Under the pieces are notes generated by a model that saw nothing but the letters and a program-made list of their open reading frames with translations, had not been told where the DNA came from and did no database searches. The translations under genes were made by a program, and so were the position numbers. 64,000 bases of DNA from Candidatus Nomurabacteria bacterium. GTDB taxonomy: Bacteria > Patescibacteriota > Minisyncoccia > Phycocordibacterales > UBA5272. Position 1 is the stretch's first letter. Every line of letters begins with the position of its first letter. The stretch is taken from the NCBI GenBank assembly GCA_028286645.1, contig JAQBRF010000004.1, forward strand, positions 273,536 through 337,535. Direction: 5' to 3'. Positions 37,999 through 48,087 of this stretch are shown here, in pieces.

Positions 37999-39027
37999 TT
38001 ATTTTTTATTAATTATAACTTCGCCCTTTTTAATATTTTCCTTTATATTTTCTTCCGAGCTATTTACAATAGTATTTAAAATTTCCTGTTTTAATTCTCC
38101 TTCTGCTATAAAGGCCTGACTCCTGTCACTTCCCACTGGGATTAACTTGTAAACAATATTATTCCCATCCGTATTTATTTCTACAGTTAATCCTTTTTCA
38201 GTATCCTTTGAAAAATACTGATCAAATATAAAGTTGCCTAGCGAATAAAATATGGGTGAGTTTTTATAGACTTCCACCCCTTGTACCACATGCGGATGAG
38301 ATCCCACTATAGTATCAACTCCGTTATCAATTAGTTTATGAGCAAAAGTTCTTTGTTCGTCCCCTTGCGTTAAATCATACTCATTTCCCCAATGAATAAA
38401 TGCAACAAGAATTGCTTGAGGATATGCAGCTTGCAGACTTTTAGTAACAACAAGAGCTTTATCTTCATCCCAAGAAAGAGAAATCATATTTATGCCATAC
38501 ACGATGACTTGGGTATTGCCAATAAAAGTCTGGTAATAGTCCGGCACGGTTGTGTCATATGCTCCTACAGTTGAAATACCAGTATCTAATAAAACTTTTT
38601 TTGTATTTTCATAACCTGGGCGGCCCTTATCAAAGCCGTGATTATTCGCTAAAGATACTGCTTGCACTCCATGATCTTTCAGAAACTGCGGAGTAGTAGA
38701 AGGAAATGAGAAGGTCATTCCATTTATAGGCGTCGGCCTATGTACCTCCGGAATGGGACCTTCTAAATTAGATATCGTTATATGAGATTTTAAAAATGGC
38801 GTCGTGGTGCCAAATGGATCAAGCCCTTCATTATTCATAAGCGTTTCCACATATCGGCCCAGCATTATGTCACCAGTAAATAAAAGTGGAATATTGGGGG
38901 TGGGTTCAATTTCTTTAACAACCGTCTGAGGAGCTTTATATGTTTCCGTACTAAATGACTTTAAATAGAAAAATAAACCAGCGATAACTAGAATGGTAAG
39001 CCCGATAGTGGTTAGTATTTTTTTCAT
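37999..39027 (-). CDS. CapA/PgsA-family metallophosphatase
   Basis: GDIMLGR, SNLEGP, SLANNHGFD, IHWGNEY, GSHPHVVQ, YSLGNFIFDQ. Confidence 0.92.
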   Translation of the reverse strand: MKKILTTIGLTILVIAGLFFYLKSFSTETYKAPQTVVKEIEPTPNIPLLFTGDIMLGRYVETLMNNEGLDPFGTTTPFLKSHITISNLEGPIPEVHRPTPINGMTFSFPSTTPQFLKDHGVQAVSLANNHGFDKGRPGYENTKKVLLDTGISTVGAYDTTVPDYYQTFIGNTQVIVYGINMISLSWDEDKALVVTKSLQAAYPQAILVAFIHWGNEYDLTQGDEQRTFAHKLIDNGVDTIVGSHPHVVQGVEVYKNSPIFYSLGNFIFDQYFSKDTEKGLTVEINTDGNNIVYKLIPVGSDRSQAFIAEGELKQEILNTIVNSSEENIKENIKKGEVIINKK

Positions 39028-39049
39028 TGTTTTAAGTATCGCATAAATT

Positions 39050-39080
39050 ATGGCGGCAGAGTCTCCTCTGCCGCCATTTT
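39050..39080. terminator. intrinsic terminator
   Basis: atggcggcagag-tctc-ctctgccgccat. Confidence 0.75.
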
Positions 39081-39196
39081 CAAACGGGTTTCTCCCTTCT
39101 GCTTCTCCCGCTCTCTTGCTTACACAATCCTTTCTATACGTTCACCCCTGGATTACAGTCCGAAATAGGAAGCTCGCCAGCGAATATCCTCCCTTC

Positions 39197-39721
39197 TTAA
39201 GACGAAAGAAGACCCATCAGGTCAGGGAGTTCGCGCCCGCGAATTTTCTTCAGGAGAGCGGTCAAATCAATTGGCGTTTTCACCGACGTGATAATTTCTG
39301 AAGTGGTGTATGGAGCTTGTCCATCGTCCACGACCCCGATCTTGACCAGCCCCATTTCTTCGAGACGCTTGTATGCTTTATCGAAATGAAAGGCGGCCAT
39401 TCCAGGGTGGATAGCCTCCACCATATCTCTTAACCACCACAGATCCCTTCTTCGAAAAACGACGGTTCGGGCAGGGTTTCTTGAAAGTGCGATTTCGTCG
39501 ATATGGAGCCGCACGATCAACTCTTCGGTGGTCATGACGACGAAGGTGCGCTTCTGCACCACCTCTGCCCCATACTTGAGGAGCATGTCACGCTTCATTT
39601 GCTGGTCGTGAACTTTTTTCTCTTCGGCCAGTTCGTTGGCAAACAGGCGCTTGATGAGAGCGAAAACCTTGCGGCAATATTTCTGGGACCGCTTCTCAAT
39701 GAAACCTTGTAGCATTTTCAT
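39197..39721 (-). CDS. hypothetical protein (GC-rich ORFan unit)
   Basis: GGAGG SD; TTGACG-17-TAGATT at 39751..39779; lies immediately beyond the tRNA-Thr direct repeat. Confidence 0.65.
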   Translation of the reverse strand: MKMLQGFIEKRSQKYCRKVFALIKRLFANELAEEKKVHDQQMKRDMLLKYGAEVVQKRTFVVMTTEELIVRLHIDEIALSRNPARTVVFRRRDLWWLRDMVEAIHPGMAAFHFDKAYKRLEEMGLVKIGVVDDGQAPYTTSEIITSVKTPIDLTALLKKIRGRELPDLMGLLSS

Positions 39722-39783
39722 ACTAAGACCTCCATGAACGGGTTACAGAGAATCTATCACTCAAAACTCTATACGTCAAACAA

Positions 39784-39947
39784 TTGAGCCGTTGAGCAGG
39801 ATTGGTTACAAATTTCATGTCGTCGCCACTCCATGAATTCGCAACCCGCCGCTCGTGGTTTCGCATGTTTGCGAAACATCACTGCGCGCTTCAATCCTGT
39901 AAATGTGAAGCAGTTCACATTTACTCAAAATACACTTCGTGATTTTG
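39784..39947 (-). repeat. tRNA 3' fold-back element at tRNA-Thr(GGT)
   Basis: 21-bp direct copy ttgagccgttgagcaggattg (39784 = 39945); inverted copy ttcaatcctg-[hairpin taaatgtgaa-gcag-ttcacattta]-ctcaaaat. Confidence 0.8.
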
Positions 39948-40020
39948 AGCCGTTGAGCAGGATTGAACTGCTGACCTCGTCATTACCAATGACGTGCTCT
40001 ACCAACTGAGCTACAACGGC
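39948..40020 (-). tRNA. tRNA-Thr(GGT)
   Basis: GCCGTTGTAGCTCAGTTGGTAGAGCACGTCATTGGTAATGACGAGGTCAGCAGTTCAATCCTGCTCAACGGCT. Confidence 0.95.
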
Positions 40021-40111
40021 TTATATAATAGCGGTCATTCTATCAAAATTACACCATTGAAACAATCTATTATATCCATTCACTAATTACTAATTACTAA
40101 TAACTAATTTA

Positions 40112-40804
40112 CTAATTACCTATCTTCCCTATTTTATTTTCTTTCTTCATTCTAAACTCGTCAATTAACTTATGATTGCCCGAAAGAAGAACCTTCGGGA
40201 CTTTATACTTTTTCTTATTAAATTCATAAACTTCTGGGCGCGCATACATTTCGTGAGATGCCATGCGAGTTTCTTCCAAAGAATTTTCATCATTTAACAC
40301 ACCTTTAACTTGGCGTGATATTACATCCATGCAAACCATTGCTGGAAGCTCTCCCCCTGTGAGGACATATTCTCCGATACTCCACTCTTTAGCTTTTAAA
40401 ATTTTCTTCACTCGAGCATCAATTCCTTCATAGCGTCCGCAGATGAAAATAATGTCAGTATATTTCTTGGCAGTTTCTTTGGCTATCTTATTATTAAACA
40501 TTGTTCCGCCAGGATTGAAAATAATAATTAAGACTTTAGACTTTAGATTTTTAACTTTTGATCTTTTTTCAATACTTTTTTGGATTTTTTCTACGCATCT
40601 TAAAATCGGATCAACCCACATAACCATTCCCGGACCTCCGCCATATGGACGTCCGTCCACTCGCCGGTGCTTATCTACTGTAAAGTCCCGGAGGGCATAT
40701 GTATCTATGGAAATTAACTTACTTTGAATCGCCCTGCTGATGATTGATTCAGCAAAGTAACTCTCAAACATATTAGGGAAAATGGTGACAACATGAAATC
40801 GCAT
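40112..40804 (-). CDS. trmD: tRNA (guanine37-N1)-methyltransferase
   Basis: VDGRPYGGGPGMVM, ICGRYEGIDAR, SIGEYVLTGGELPAM. Confidence 0.97.
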   Translation of the reverse strand: MRFHVVTIFPNMFESYFAESIISRAIQSKLISIDTYALRDFTVDKHRRVDGRPYGGGPGMVMWVDPILRCVEKIQKSIEKRSKVKNLKSKVLIIIFNPGGTMFNNKIAKETAKKYTDIIFICGRYEGIDARVKKILKAKEWSIGEYVLTGGELPAMVCMDVISRQVKGVLNDENSLEETRMASHEMYARPEVYEFNKKKYKVPKVLLSGNHKLIDEFRMKKENKIGKIGN

Positions 40805-40864
40805 GCTTGACAGTATAACAAATATATTTTAGTATTTCAATTAACTTTTACCGGAGGACTTTCA

Positions 40865-41227
40865 ATGAGTGCCAGGATTATGTTCTTTTCGTTCCTGATC
40901 GCAGGAGTCCCGGCCTGGGGATTCGCATATCAAGGAAACGATATTGCTTTAGTCGCAATCGCGATCTTTACGACCAGCTGTGCCACCCTCTACCTACTCG
41001 CTCGTCACTTGGAAAAGGAGTCTGCCTTTGGCCCACTTTTCCCACGTGCCGCATTTGGCGCTATCATTCTCCCCATGACAATGGCAATGTTTATTGCAGC
41101 GGTGATTGCCTGGAAACATTGGCCCCAGGAAGCAATCTCAGGGAGCGTCATCAATCTTTTTTTAAGCATGGAAGGGCATCGATTAATTAACGGATGGAGA
41201 CTTTTCATTCCTGTAAAAGGGGAATAA
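40865..41227 (+). CDS. membrane hypothetical protein (GC-rich ORFan unit) between khpA and trmD
   Basis: TTGACA-17-TAGTAT at 40807..40835, GGAGG SD, several TM segments, terminator. Confidence 0.7.
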   Translation: MSARIMFFSFLIAGVPAWGFAYQGNDIALVAIAIFTTSCATLYLLARHLEKESAFGPLFPRAAFGAIILPMTMAMFIAAVIAWKHWPQEAISGSVINLFLSMEGHRLINGWRLFIPVKGE

Positions 41228-41235
41228 AAACCCAT

Positions 41236-41263
41236 CAACGGGGTCGCTGAGCGACCCCGTTTT
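41236..41263. terminator. intrinsic terminator
   Basis: aacggggtcgc-tga-gcgaccccgtt followed by a T run. Confidence 0.8.
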
Positions 41264-41295
41264 AATTTAATTTAATATAAAATATTTAATGAGAC

Positions 41296-41676
41296 TTATA
41301 TACCTTTTAGATCGTTCATTACAGAATCCACATCATCAGAATTATATTTCGGATACGACTGGCCGCCCTCCTCTTCTTTGCCTTCATTATTTCTGCCGCC
41401 TCCTTCACGAACTGGTCGATCCCCCGCCTCTCTTCCCTCTGGTTCATTTATTTTCAAATTCACTCGAGCATTATTTTTCATTCCCACAACTCGAAGAAGT
41501 GTTCTCAATGCCTTTGCCGTCGCGCCATCTCGTCCGATTATTTTCCCCATGTCTTCTCCTGCTACGTCCAAAGTTATCAAGACCCCCATTTCATCCACTC
41601 TTCTTTCTACCTTCACCTTATCTGGATTATCTACCAAAACCTTTACAACATATTCAACAAATTCTTGATCTTTCAT
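41296..41676 (-). CDS. khpA: KH-domain RNA-binding protein KhpA
   Basis: EFVEYVVKVLVDNPD...DMGKIIGRDGATAKALRTLL; downstream of rpsP. Confidence 0.9.
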   Translation of the reverse strand: MKDQEFVEYVVKVLVDNPDKVKVERRVDEMGVLITLDVAGEDMGKIIGRDGATAKALRTLLRVVGMKNNARVNLKINEPEGREAGDRPVREGGGRNNEGKEEEGGQSYPKYNSDDVDSVMNDLKGI

Positions 41677-41786
41677 ATATTTTATTTAGTGTAATTTCAG
41701 TTTAACAACCCCTCTTAATTATATAAAATAGTTATGCACATTGGAACAATATAAAATTCCCCAAGTTTGCTTGAGGAAGTTTATAT

Positions 41787-42086
41787 TTAAGCAGCTTTTT
41801 CTTCTTTTTTCACTGGGGACTTCCTTGGAAGTACATTCTTCTTCTTTCCTTCGATAATACCTTTGGATATTAGAAGGTTATGGACAGTAGGACTGGTCTG
41901 AGCTCCTACAGACATCCAGTGCTTTACTCGGTCAGCTTTCGCTTCAAAGACCCCGGCCTTAACATTATATGTTCCAATAATTTCTGAAAATTGAGTGGTT
42001 TTAGGCTTAAGAGTACTCTCACCAACTATTAGGCGAAAATATGGGTCGTTCTTTCTTCCAGTCCTTTGTAATCTGATTTTTAACAT
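41787..42086 (-). CDS. rpsP: 30S ribosomal protein S16
   Basis: MLKIRLQRTGRKNDPYFRLIV...WMSVGAQTSPTV. Confidence 0.96.
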   Translation of the reverse strand: MLKIRLQRTGRKNDPYFRLIVGESTLKPKTTQFSEIIGTYNVKAGVFEAKADRVKHWMSVGAQTSPTVHNLLISKGIIEGKKKNVLPRKSPVKKEEKAA

Positions 42087-42131
42087 GTGCTCTATTCTAA
42101 CATAAATCTTAAAAAATGTGAATAGGAACCC

Positions 42132-44069
42132 TTAAATAAGCTGATAATCTATCATTCTCATCTCTAAATTAGCGTCTTTTACCTTTATTTTTACAGGTGT
42201 GCCTATTTTCCATTCAATGCCAGTTCTTTCGCCAAATACTCTGCCGCCCTTTTGGTCGTAGTTATAGAAATCATTTCCCAGATCTCGCAGCCGTATCATG
42301 CCTTCACATTTACTCTTCTTTTCTTCTACATATATTCCCCACTCTGATACGCCGGAAACCACCCCATCAAACTCCTGTCCGATTCTATAGCTCATATATT
42401 CTACTTGCTTGTACTTGATGCTTCCTCTTTCCGCATCCTGCGCTTCTTTTTCTCTGCGTGAGGCTTGTTGGCAAAGGCTTTCATAAAATCCTCTTTCCTC
42501 TTCCTTTGGGTAATCTTCATCTAACACCTTCATTAAAAGCCTATGAGTTAAAACATCAGGATATCTTCTGATTGGAGAAGTGAAATGTGAATAATAATCA
42601 AAAGCCAAACCATAGTGTCCGACATTTCGCGTGCTGTAAATCGCTTTCGACATTGAGCGTGTGATATGGATCTGGAGCAAATCCTTTTCCGGTCGGCCAT
42701 CCATCTTTTTAATTAAATCATTTAAGTCCTGGGAAGGAATAAGGCCATCCATAAATCTTACATGATAGCCGAGACCTCTTATATATAAATCTAAATCATG
42801 CATCTTATCTGGATCTGGCTTATCATGGATTCGGTAAATGCAAATTGCATGGCCCTCGCCGTTCTTTTCTTCCTGTTTTTTCGTAATGAATCGACTCACA
42901 TACTTGTTTGCAAGCAACATAAATTCTTCGATAAGCTTCATCGTGTCGACTCGTTCTTTTACATACACATCTATTGGCACACCTTTTTCATCTAACTTAA
43001 ATCTAACTTCTGGAGTTTCAAGAGAAAGTGCTCCGTCTTCAAATCTTTTCTTTGTGAGTTTCTTTGAAATATCATTTAATATTTGTAATTCTTCATAAAA
43101 ATCTCCGCTCTTTGTATCAATTGCAGCTTGGGCATCTTCATACGTATATCTTCTCGTTGAATTTATCACTCCGCGCCCATACCATTCATTGTGCACGACT
43201 CCGTTATTATCGATTTCAAATACGGCGGACATTACCAGCCTATCTTCACCTTGTACAAGAGAACAAAGATCATTTGAAAGAACTTCCGGAAGCATAGGAA
43301 TCACACGATCAACCAAATACACAGACGTCTCGCGATATACTGCTTCATTATCTAATGCCATTCCAGGACGCACATAAAAGGAAACATCAGCAATGTGAAC
43401 GCCAAGTTCGTAGTTTCCATTCGGAAGCTTTTTAAATGATAGGGCATCATCGAAATCCTGCGCGGTAATCGGGTCAATCGTAAAAGTTGGAATTCCTCTG
43501 AAGTCTCTTCTGCTTGCTTTATCTTCTTCTCTTATTCCTCTCTTTTGAATGTCTTCAGCCTCTTTTACCACTTCTACTTTATGTTCCTGGCTAAATCCTC
43601 TTTCAAGAGCGTACGCCAGCATTTCCGCATCGTTGTCGCCTGGAAATCCAAGCACCATCGTTACTTCTCCTATCGGAGACTTATGCGGGTCTTCCCACTT
43701 GGTTATGTTCGTAATTACTTTCATTCCTACATTCGCTTCTTTCAAAGATTCTTTAGGAATCAATATATCTGTATACATTTTCTTATCATCTGGAATTAAG
43801 AAAAATATTCCATTTTCTTCTTCGATCACTCCCGCATAACCCTTTTTCCCTCTTTCTAAGATTTTTGTAATTGTTCCATATAATTCATCTTCACCTTTTG
43901 GATTTTTTTTCTTTCCTAAAAGCTCTACTTCCACCATGTCGCCCTGCAAAGCAGTATTAAGAGAAGAATGGTCGACAAAAATAGAACCTTCTTTTGCAAG
44001 ATCCGGCACCCGCACATATCCATCTTTTTTTGAGGTAAGATTTACCGTTCCCGTAAACAGCCGTTCCAT
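42132..44069 (-). CDS. rnr: ribonuclease R
   Basis: TIDPITAQDFDDALS, VHIADVS, IEEFMLLAN, HFTSPIRRYPD, C-terminal S1. Confidence 0.95.
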   Translation of the reverse strand: MERLFTGTVNLTSKKDGYVRVPDLAKEGSIFVDHSSLNTALQGDMVEVELLGKKKNPKGEDELYGTITKILERGKKGYAGVIEEENGIFFLIPDDKKMYTDILIPKESLKEANVGMKVITNITKWEDPHKSPIGEVTMVLGFPGDNDAEMLAYALERGFSQEHKVEVVKEAEDIQKRGIREEDKASRRDFRGIPTFTIDPITAQDFDDALSFKKLPNGNYELGVHIADVSFYVRPGMALDNEAVYRETSVYLVDRVIPMLPEVLSNDLCSLVQGEDRLVMSAVFEIDNNGVVHNEWYGRGVINSTRRYTYEDAQAAIDTKSGDFYEELQILNDISKKLTKKRFEDGALSLETPEVRFKLDEKGVPIDVYVKERVDTMKLIEEFMLLANKYVSRFITKKQEEKNGEGHAICIYRIHDKPDPDKMHDLDLYIRGLGYHVRFMDGLIPSQDLNDLIKKMDGRPEKDLLQIHITRSMSKAIYSTRNVGHYGLAFDYYSHFTSPIRRYPDVLTHRLLMKVLDEDYPKEEERGFYESLCQQASRREKEAQDAERGSIKYKQVEYMSYRIGQEFDGVVSGVSEWGIYVEEKKSKCEGMIRLRDLGNDFYNYDQKGGRVFGERTGIEWKIGTPVKIKVKDANLEMRMIDYQLI

Positions 44070-44182
44070 ATATGTATTTACTATACCATAACTTTACATA
44101 TTATTTAATTTCATGTAGAACTAGGTTACTCGTTGGCGTTGTGCCGCGAGAATTAAAGGGGTCTTGGCCCCAAGGAGTTCTT

Positions 44183-44608
44183 GTGAAAATTACTTCGTAT
44201 GTCGGTGACACTACAACCCAAAGCGGAATCGTAGGGGCTTTAAAGGATAGCACATTGAATACAGCCCATGCGGGGCTGACAATGGGATACAACCAGCTAT
44301 CTGAAAAAATAAAAAAGATGGTGCAGCATTGCTCCATTTCGCCGTATGTGGCAAACGCAGCAAATTACCGCGCCACATGCTCTATAAAGGTAAAGCTTTT
44401 GTATATGGCCGGTTTACCTGGAGCAATCATAAAAAGGGAGCCTGAGGTTGACTTCGGCTTGGCTCAAGAGGAGGTGTCCGAAGAAAGGGTCGCGGCGGAG
44501 TTCAAGAGAGCTGTAGAGTCTGTCCTTCAATGTGAGATAGATGCTCACCGCCGGAATGGTGATACGTTATTCATCGACCTGCATGGCGTCCAGCAATTGG
44601 CTTCTTAA
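44183..44608 (+). CDS. hypothetical protein (GC-rich ORFan unit)
   Basis: AAGGAG SD before GTG 44183; hairpin aagggcc-tgtgaacacg-ggcccttt downstream. Confidence 0.55.
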   Translation: MKITSYVGDTTTQSGIVGALKDSTLNTAHAGLTMGYNQLSEKIKKMVQHCSISPYVANAANYRATCSIKVKLLYMAGLPGAIIKREPEVDFGLAQEEVSEERVAAEFKRAVESVLQCEIDAHRRNGDTLFIDLHGVQQLAS

Positions 44609-44641
44609 CCCAGAAGGGCCTGTGAACACGGGCCCTTTATT

Positions 44642-46927
44642 TTATTTCACTAAACTTTCTGCTTCCTTAAACTCAATAGAGAGCAATTTGCTTCCGCCAT
44701 CTACTCCTAAAGTCACTCCGTACAGCATATCGCAATGATTCATCGTTTCTCTATTATGAGTTATAACAAGCAATTTACTTTTTGTTGATAACGCCTTAAG
44801 CATTAATCCATACTTTCTAGCATTCGTCTCATCAAGTGGTGCATCTGTTTCATCTAAAACCATAAACGGCGGAGGAGTAATTGAGCTCATAGCAAAAAGA
44901 AGCGCAATAGAGACTAGTGCGCGCTCACCCCCAGAAAACATAGAAATCTCTCTCACCTTTTTATTCGGCAGAGATACATCTAAATCAATTCCTTGCTCTG
45001 AAACCTCATTCCCCTCTTCATCAATCTTTACAATTTTAACAACAGAAATCTTCGCTTTTCCTCCTGGGAATATTTCACCAAAAAATGTATTAAATACCTG
45101 CGACACTTCTTTAACGCCTGTTCCAAATCTTTCTTCAAGAATTTGAGTAAGATCTTCAATTAAAACTTTTAATTTCTGCTCGCTTTCTTTTATATCTGCT
45201 AATTCAGTAGTTAAATACTGATCTCTTTCGCTTGTGGTTTGATATTCCTTAATTATTTCATCTTTATTCGGTACGCCCGCTTCTTCAATGCGAAGTTTCG
45301 ACCTCTCAATCTGTCTTAAAAGATCCTGTTTTGCAATAGTCCAATATGCCTCGCTTACTACTATTCCGATGTCATCTTTTAATTTCTTATATCTTAAAAT
45401 CTCCGCCCCCACTATCATAGCGCCTTCTTTTAGTAATCCTTCGAAATATTGCTTTCTCATATCTAATTCTCCTTCTTCTTGATGTCTCAAAGCTATAGTA
45501 CTTTCAAGCTCTCGCAATTTGCTTTCAAGATTTAGCTTTTTCTTTTCTTCTTCGTGGCGCGTTTCTAAGTCGCGCTCCCTATGCATATCAATGCTATCAA
45601 TTTTATTTTGGAGTGCTTCGATTTCGTCATTTAACTTTTTTTCTTTTTCTTCGTCTTCTATAATTTCACTTTTTGTATTTTCAATTTTGCTTTTTATTTC
45701 ATTATTAATATGCTCATCATTCTCGTCTTCTTTTTTATAAGTCTGAAAGAAAACTGAAGCTGTGTCGGATAAGTCTTTCGCATGACTTTTAGCTTGCGAA
45801 ACATCTGCCTCATCAAGAGATTTATGAAGAATAGAAAATCCTGTAGTTATTTCTTTTTCGGAGTGAGAAAATTCCTTAAATGGAATACGGATTTCTTCTT
45901 TTTTCTGCTCAGTAGAAAATTGGCTTTCTAAATATAAAAGATCGGACTCTAATCGGCCTAAGGTCTTGGCTATTTGGTCCTTACGAAGAAGAAGAGCTTT
46001 TAATTCTGCTTGATATGTTTGCTTTTCTGATAGGCTGTTGGTTTTAACATCTTCCGGCTTATTTTTAAGAACTTCCAATTCTTTACGGATGGATTCTGTA
46101 ATTAAAATATAAGATTTTGAAGTACCGCTTTCATGAATCTTTTCATGCAGCAGATTTAATTCTTCTTCTTCGCGGTTTAAATACGCGATTAGCAATGAAA
46201 AAAGCTTCTTTCTTTCTTCTTCTTGGGATTCAATCTTTTTTACCTGCCTGCTTAAATGTTCTAAGTGCGGCTTAATTTCTTTTCTAAGCAATTCTACTTC
46301 TGTAACGTTTACTTTTACTCTTTCAAGCTTTCTTTTGCTTTCATTTAGCCTCATGTGATACACCCGAAGCCCTAGAGCGTCTTCAAGCGCTTCTTTTCTA
46401 TCTTTCGGACTTGAAAGCAATATTCTGTCTGCTTCTCCTTGATTTATAATCGTATGAGCACTACCTCCTATCCCAGCAAATGACAATAACTCTTGAACGT
46501 CCTTTAGCCTGACCTTCGCATCGTTTAATAGATAATCACTTGTACCATCTGAATAAATTACACGTGACAATACAAGTTCATCATAAACAAGATATGGGGC
46601 GATATCACCTGACGCTGAATTCGTATCTAAAAATGGTACATCTTGCACTTTCCCGAAACTTTTATCTTTATTATCAATAGTCATCGTAACGGAGGCGCGA
46701 GACATTGGGCCTAAATGTTCAGACCCTTTAAAAATCAAATCTCCTCCGATTTTTCCTCGCATGCTTTTAAGTCCTTGTTCTCCTAATACGAATCTTATTG
46801 CCTCTGCAATGTTTGATTTTCCACTTCCGTTTGGCCCCACCACTCCGGTAATGTCATGAGTAACATCAATAGTTGTCTTCTTGGCAAATGATTTAAAACC
46901 TTGAATTGTAATATGAGAAAGACGCAT
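44642..46927 (-). CDS. smc: SMC-family ATPase, short form (761 aa)
   Basis: IQGFKSF, GPNGSGKSN, INQG, FSGGE, FMVLDETDAPLD, VITH. Confidence 0.85.
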   Translation of the reverse strand: MRLSHITIQGFKSFAKKTTIDVTHDITGVVGPNGSGKSNIAEAIRFVLGEQGLKSMRGKIGGDLIFKGSEHLGPMSRASVTMTIDNKDKSFGKVQDVPFLDTNSASGDIAPYLVYDELVLSRVIYSDGTSDYLLNDAKVRLKDVQELLSFAGIGGSAHTIINQGEADRILLSSPKDRKEALEDALGLRVYHMRLNESKRKLERVKVNVTEVELLRKEIKPHLEHLSRQVKKIESQEEERKKLFSLLIAYLNREEEELNLLHEKIHESGTSKSYILITESIRKELEVLKNKPEDVKTNSLSEKQTYQAELKALLLRKDQIAKTLGRLESDLLYLESQFSTEQKKEEIRIPFKEFSHSEKEITTGFSILHKSLDEADVSQAKSHAKDLSDTASVFFQTYKKEDENDEHINNEIKSKIENTKSEIIEDEEKEKKLNDEIEALQNKIDSIDMHRERDLETRHEEEKKKLNLESKLRELESTIALRHQEEGELDMRKQYFEGLLKEGAMIVGAEILRYKKLKDDIGIVVSEAYWTIAKQDLLRQIERSKLRIEEAGVPNKDEIIKEYQTTSERDQYLTTELADIKESEQKLKVLIEDLTQILEERFGTGVKEVSQVFNTFFGEIFPGGKAKISVVKIVKIDEEGNEVSEQGIDLDVSLPNKKVREISMFSGGERALVSIALLFAMSSITPPPFMVLDETDAPLDETNARKYGLMLKALSTKSKLLVITHNRETMNHCDMLYGVTLGVDGGSKLLSIEFKEAESLVK

Positions 46928-47023
46928 GTGGAATAGCTAATAGCAGTTAGCCTTTAGCTTGTAGCGAAATACAAACTAGAAGAATACTAGAAGTTTATCA
47001 TATTGAGAAGCTTTAAATATCGG

Positions 47024-47473
47024 TTATCCTCGGATTTTCTTTGTTAATAAGAAACAAATATATGCGACTACAGCACCTAGAACGAATCCTCCCACGATGT
47101 CATACCAGAAGTGCACTCCCGCAAGAACTCGGCTAACGCCTATAATAAGAGCAAGAATTAGAAGAATTTTACCCGCTCGTTTATCAAATGAATACATAGC
47201 GAATCCTAAAGCCGCAGAAAATGTGGTGTGTCCTGAGGGGAAGCTGTATGGATCCCTAGGTTCTAAAAGAGTGGTTATTCCCACTGGGCGTGGATGAGCG
47301 ATTAAATCCTTTAAAAAATGGCTGAAGATATAAGCAAGCACTGCTGTTCCAAAAATAATGCAAATGTGCCTAATGTAATGTCTTCTCTCACTTTTAAAAA
47401 TAACATGAAGAAATGCATAAGCCGCTGAGATGTAAATTAAATATACTGCGCAAAAAAATATTATAGTATTCAT
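47024..47473 (-). CDS. PAP2-family phosphatase (undecaprenyl-diphosphatase-like)
   Basis: KDLIAHPRP, SFPSGH, SRVLAGVHFWYD. Confidence 0.9.
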   Translation of the reverse strand: MNTIIFFCAVYLIYISAAYAFLHVIFKSERRHYIRHICIIFGTAVLAYIFSHFLKDLIAHPRPVGITTLLEPRDPYSFPSGHTTFSAALGFAMYSFDKRAGKILLILALIIGVSRVLAGVHFWYDIVGGFVLGAVVAYICFLLTKKIRG

Positions 47474-47484
47474 AAATTTATTAA

Positions 47485-48048
47485 TTAATCTGTTTCATAA
47501 GAAAAATATAACACGACTAAGCCGAAAATAACAGTAATAGGAATCATGGCTGCCTTAAATTGAAACCAATCATGCAGCCCTCCTGTTCTCCTGATATATT
47601 CATTTCCTGCTGCCGCAAAAAGCATAAATATTGCCCAAGCGTATGTCATTTTTTCCCAAGCCTTAGTAGACATTGGGAGAATATTATGAAAAGCCATTTT
47701 CAAAAAATTAACATTCCCTATTAAGCCTCCGACTAATATAAAAGAAAAAGCTATATCATAAAGCGTATCTCTAATTTGTATAAACTTAGGTTGATGCCCC
47801 ACAATTGTTAGAGATCCGAATATAATAGTAAGAAGAGCTACGAAAAGGGCTACATAAGGAAGGCGTTTCTGATGGGTATAAGTAATAATAGTACTAATTA
47901 TAGTTGCCACCATCAAAAGCATGGTTGCTTGATAGACATGAAAGCGATTAAAAGAAAATAAAAAAACAAAGATTGGACCAAACTCTAGAATTGCTGCGAT
48001 ACCCACCTTTTTAAATATGGCTGGAGAAAATAGTGGAAATTTTTTCAT
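47485..48048 (-). CDS. YciB/IspZ-family inner membrane protein
   Basis: LEFGPIFVF, ATMLLMVAT, FGSLT...KFIQIRDT, WEKMTYAWA, WFQFK. Confidence 0.8.
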   Translation of the reverse strand: MKKFPLFSPAIFKKVGIAAILEFGPIFVFLFSFNRFHVYQATMLLMVATIISTIITYTHQKRLPYVALFVALLTIIFGSLTIVGHQPKFIQIRDTLYDIAFSFILVGGLIGNVNFLKMAFHNILPMSTKAWEKMTYAWAIFMLFAAAGNEYIRRTGGLHDWFQFKAAMIPITVIFGLVVLYFSYETD

Positions 48049-48087
48049 GATATACTTTCCTAGTATAAACTATAAAAACTTAAATCA

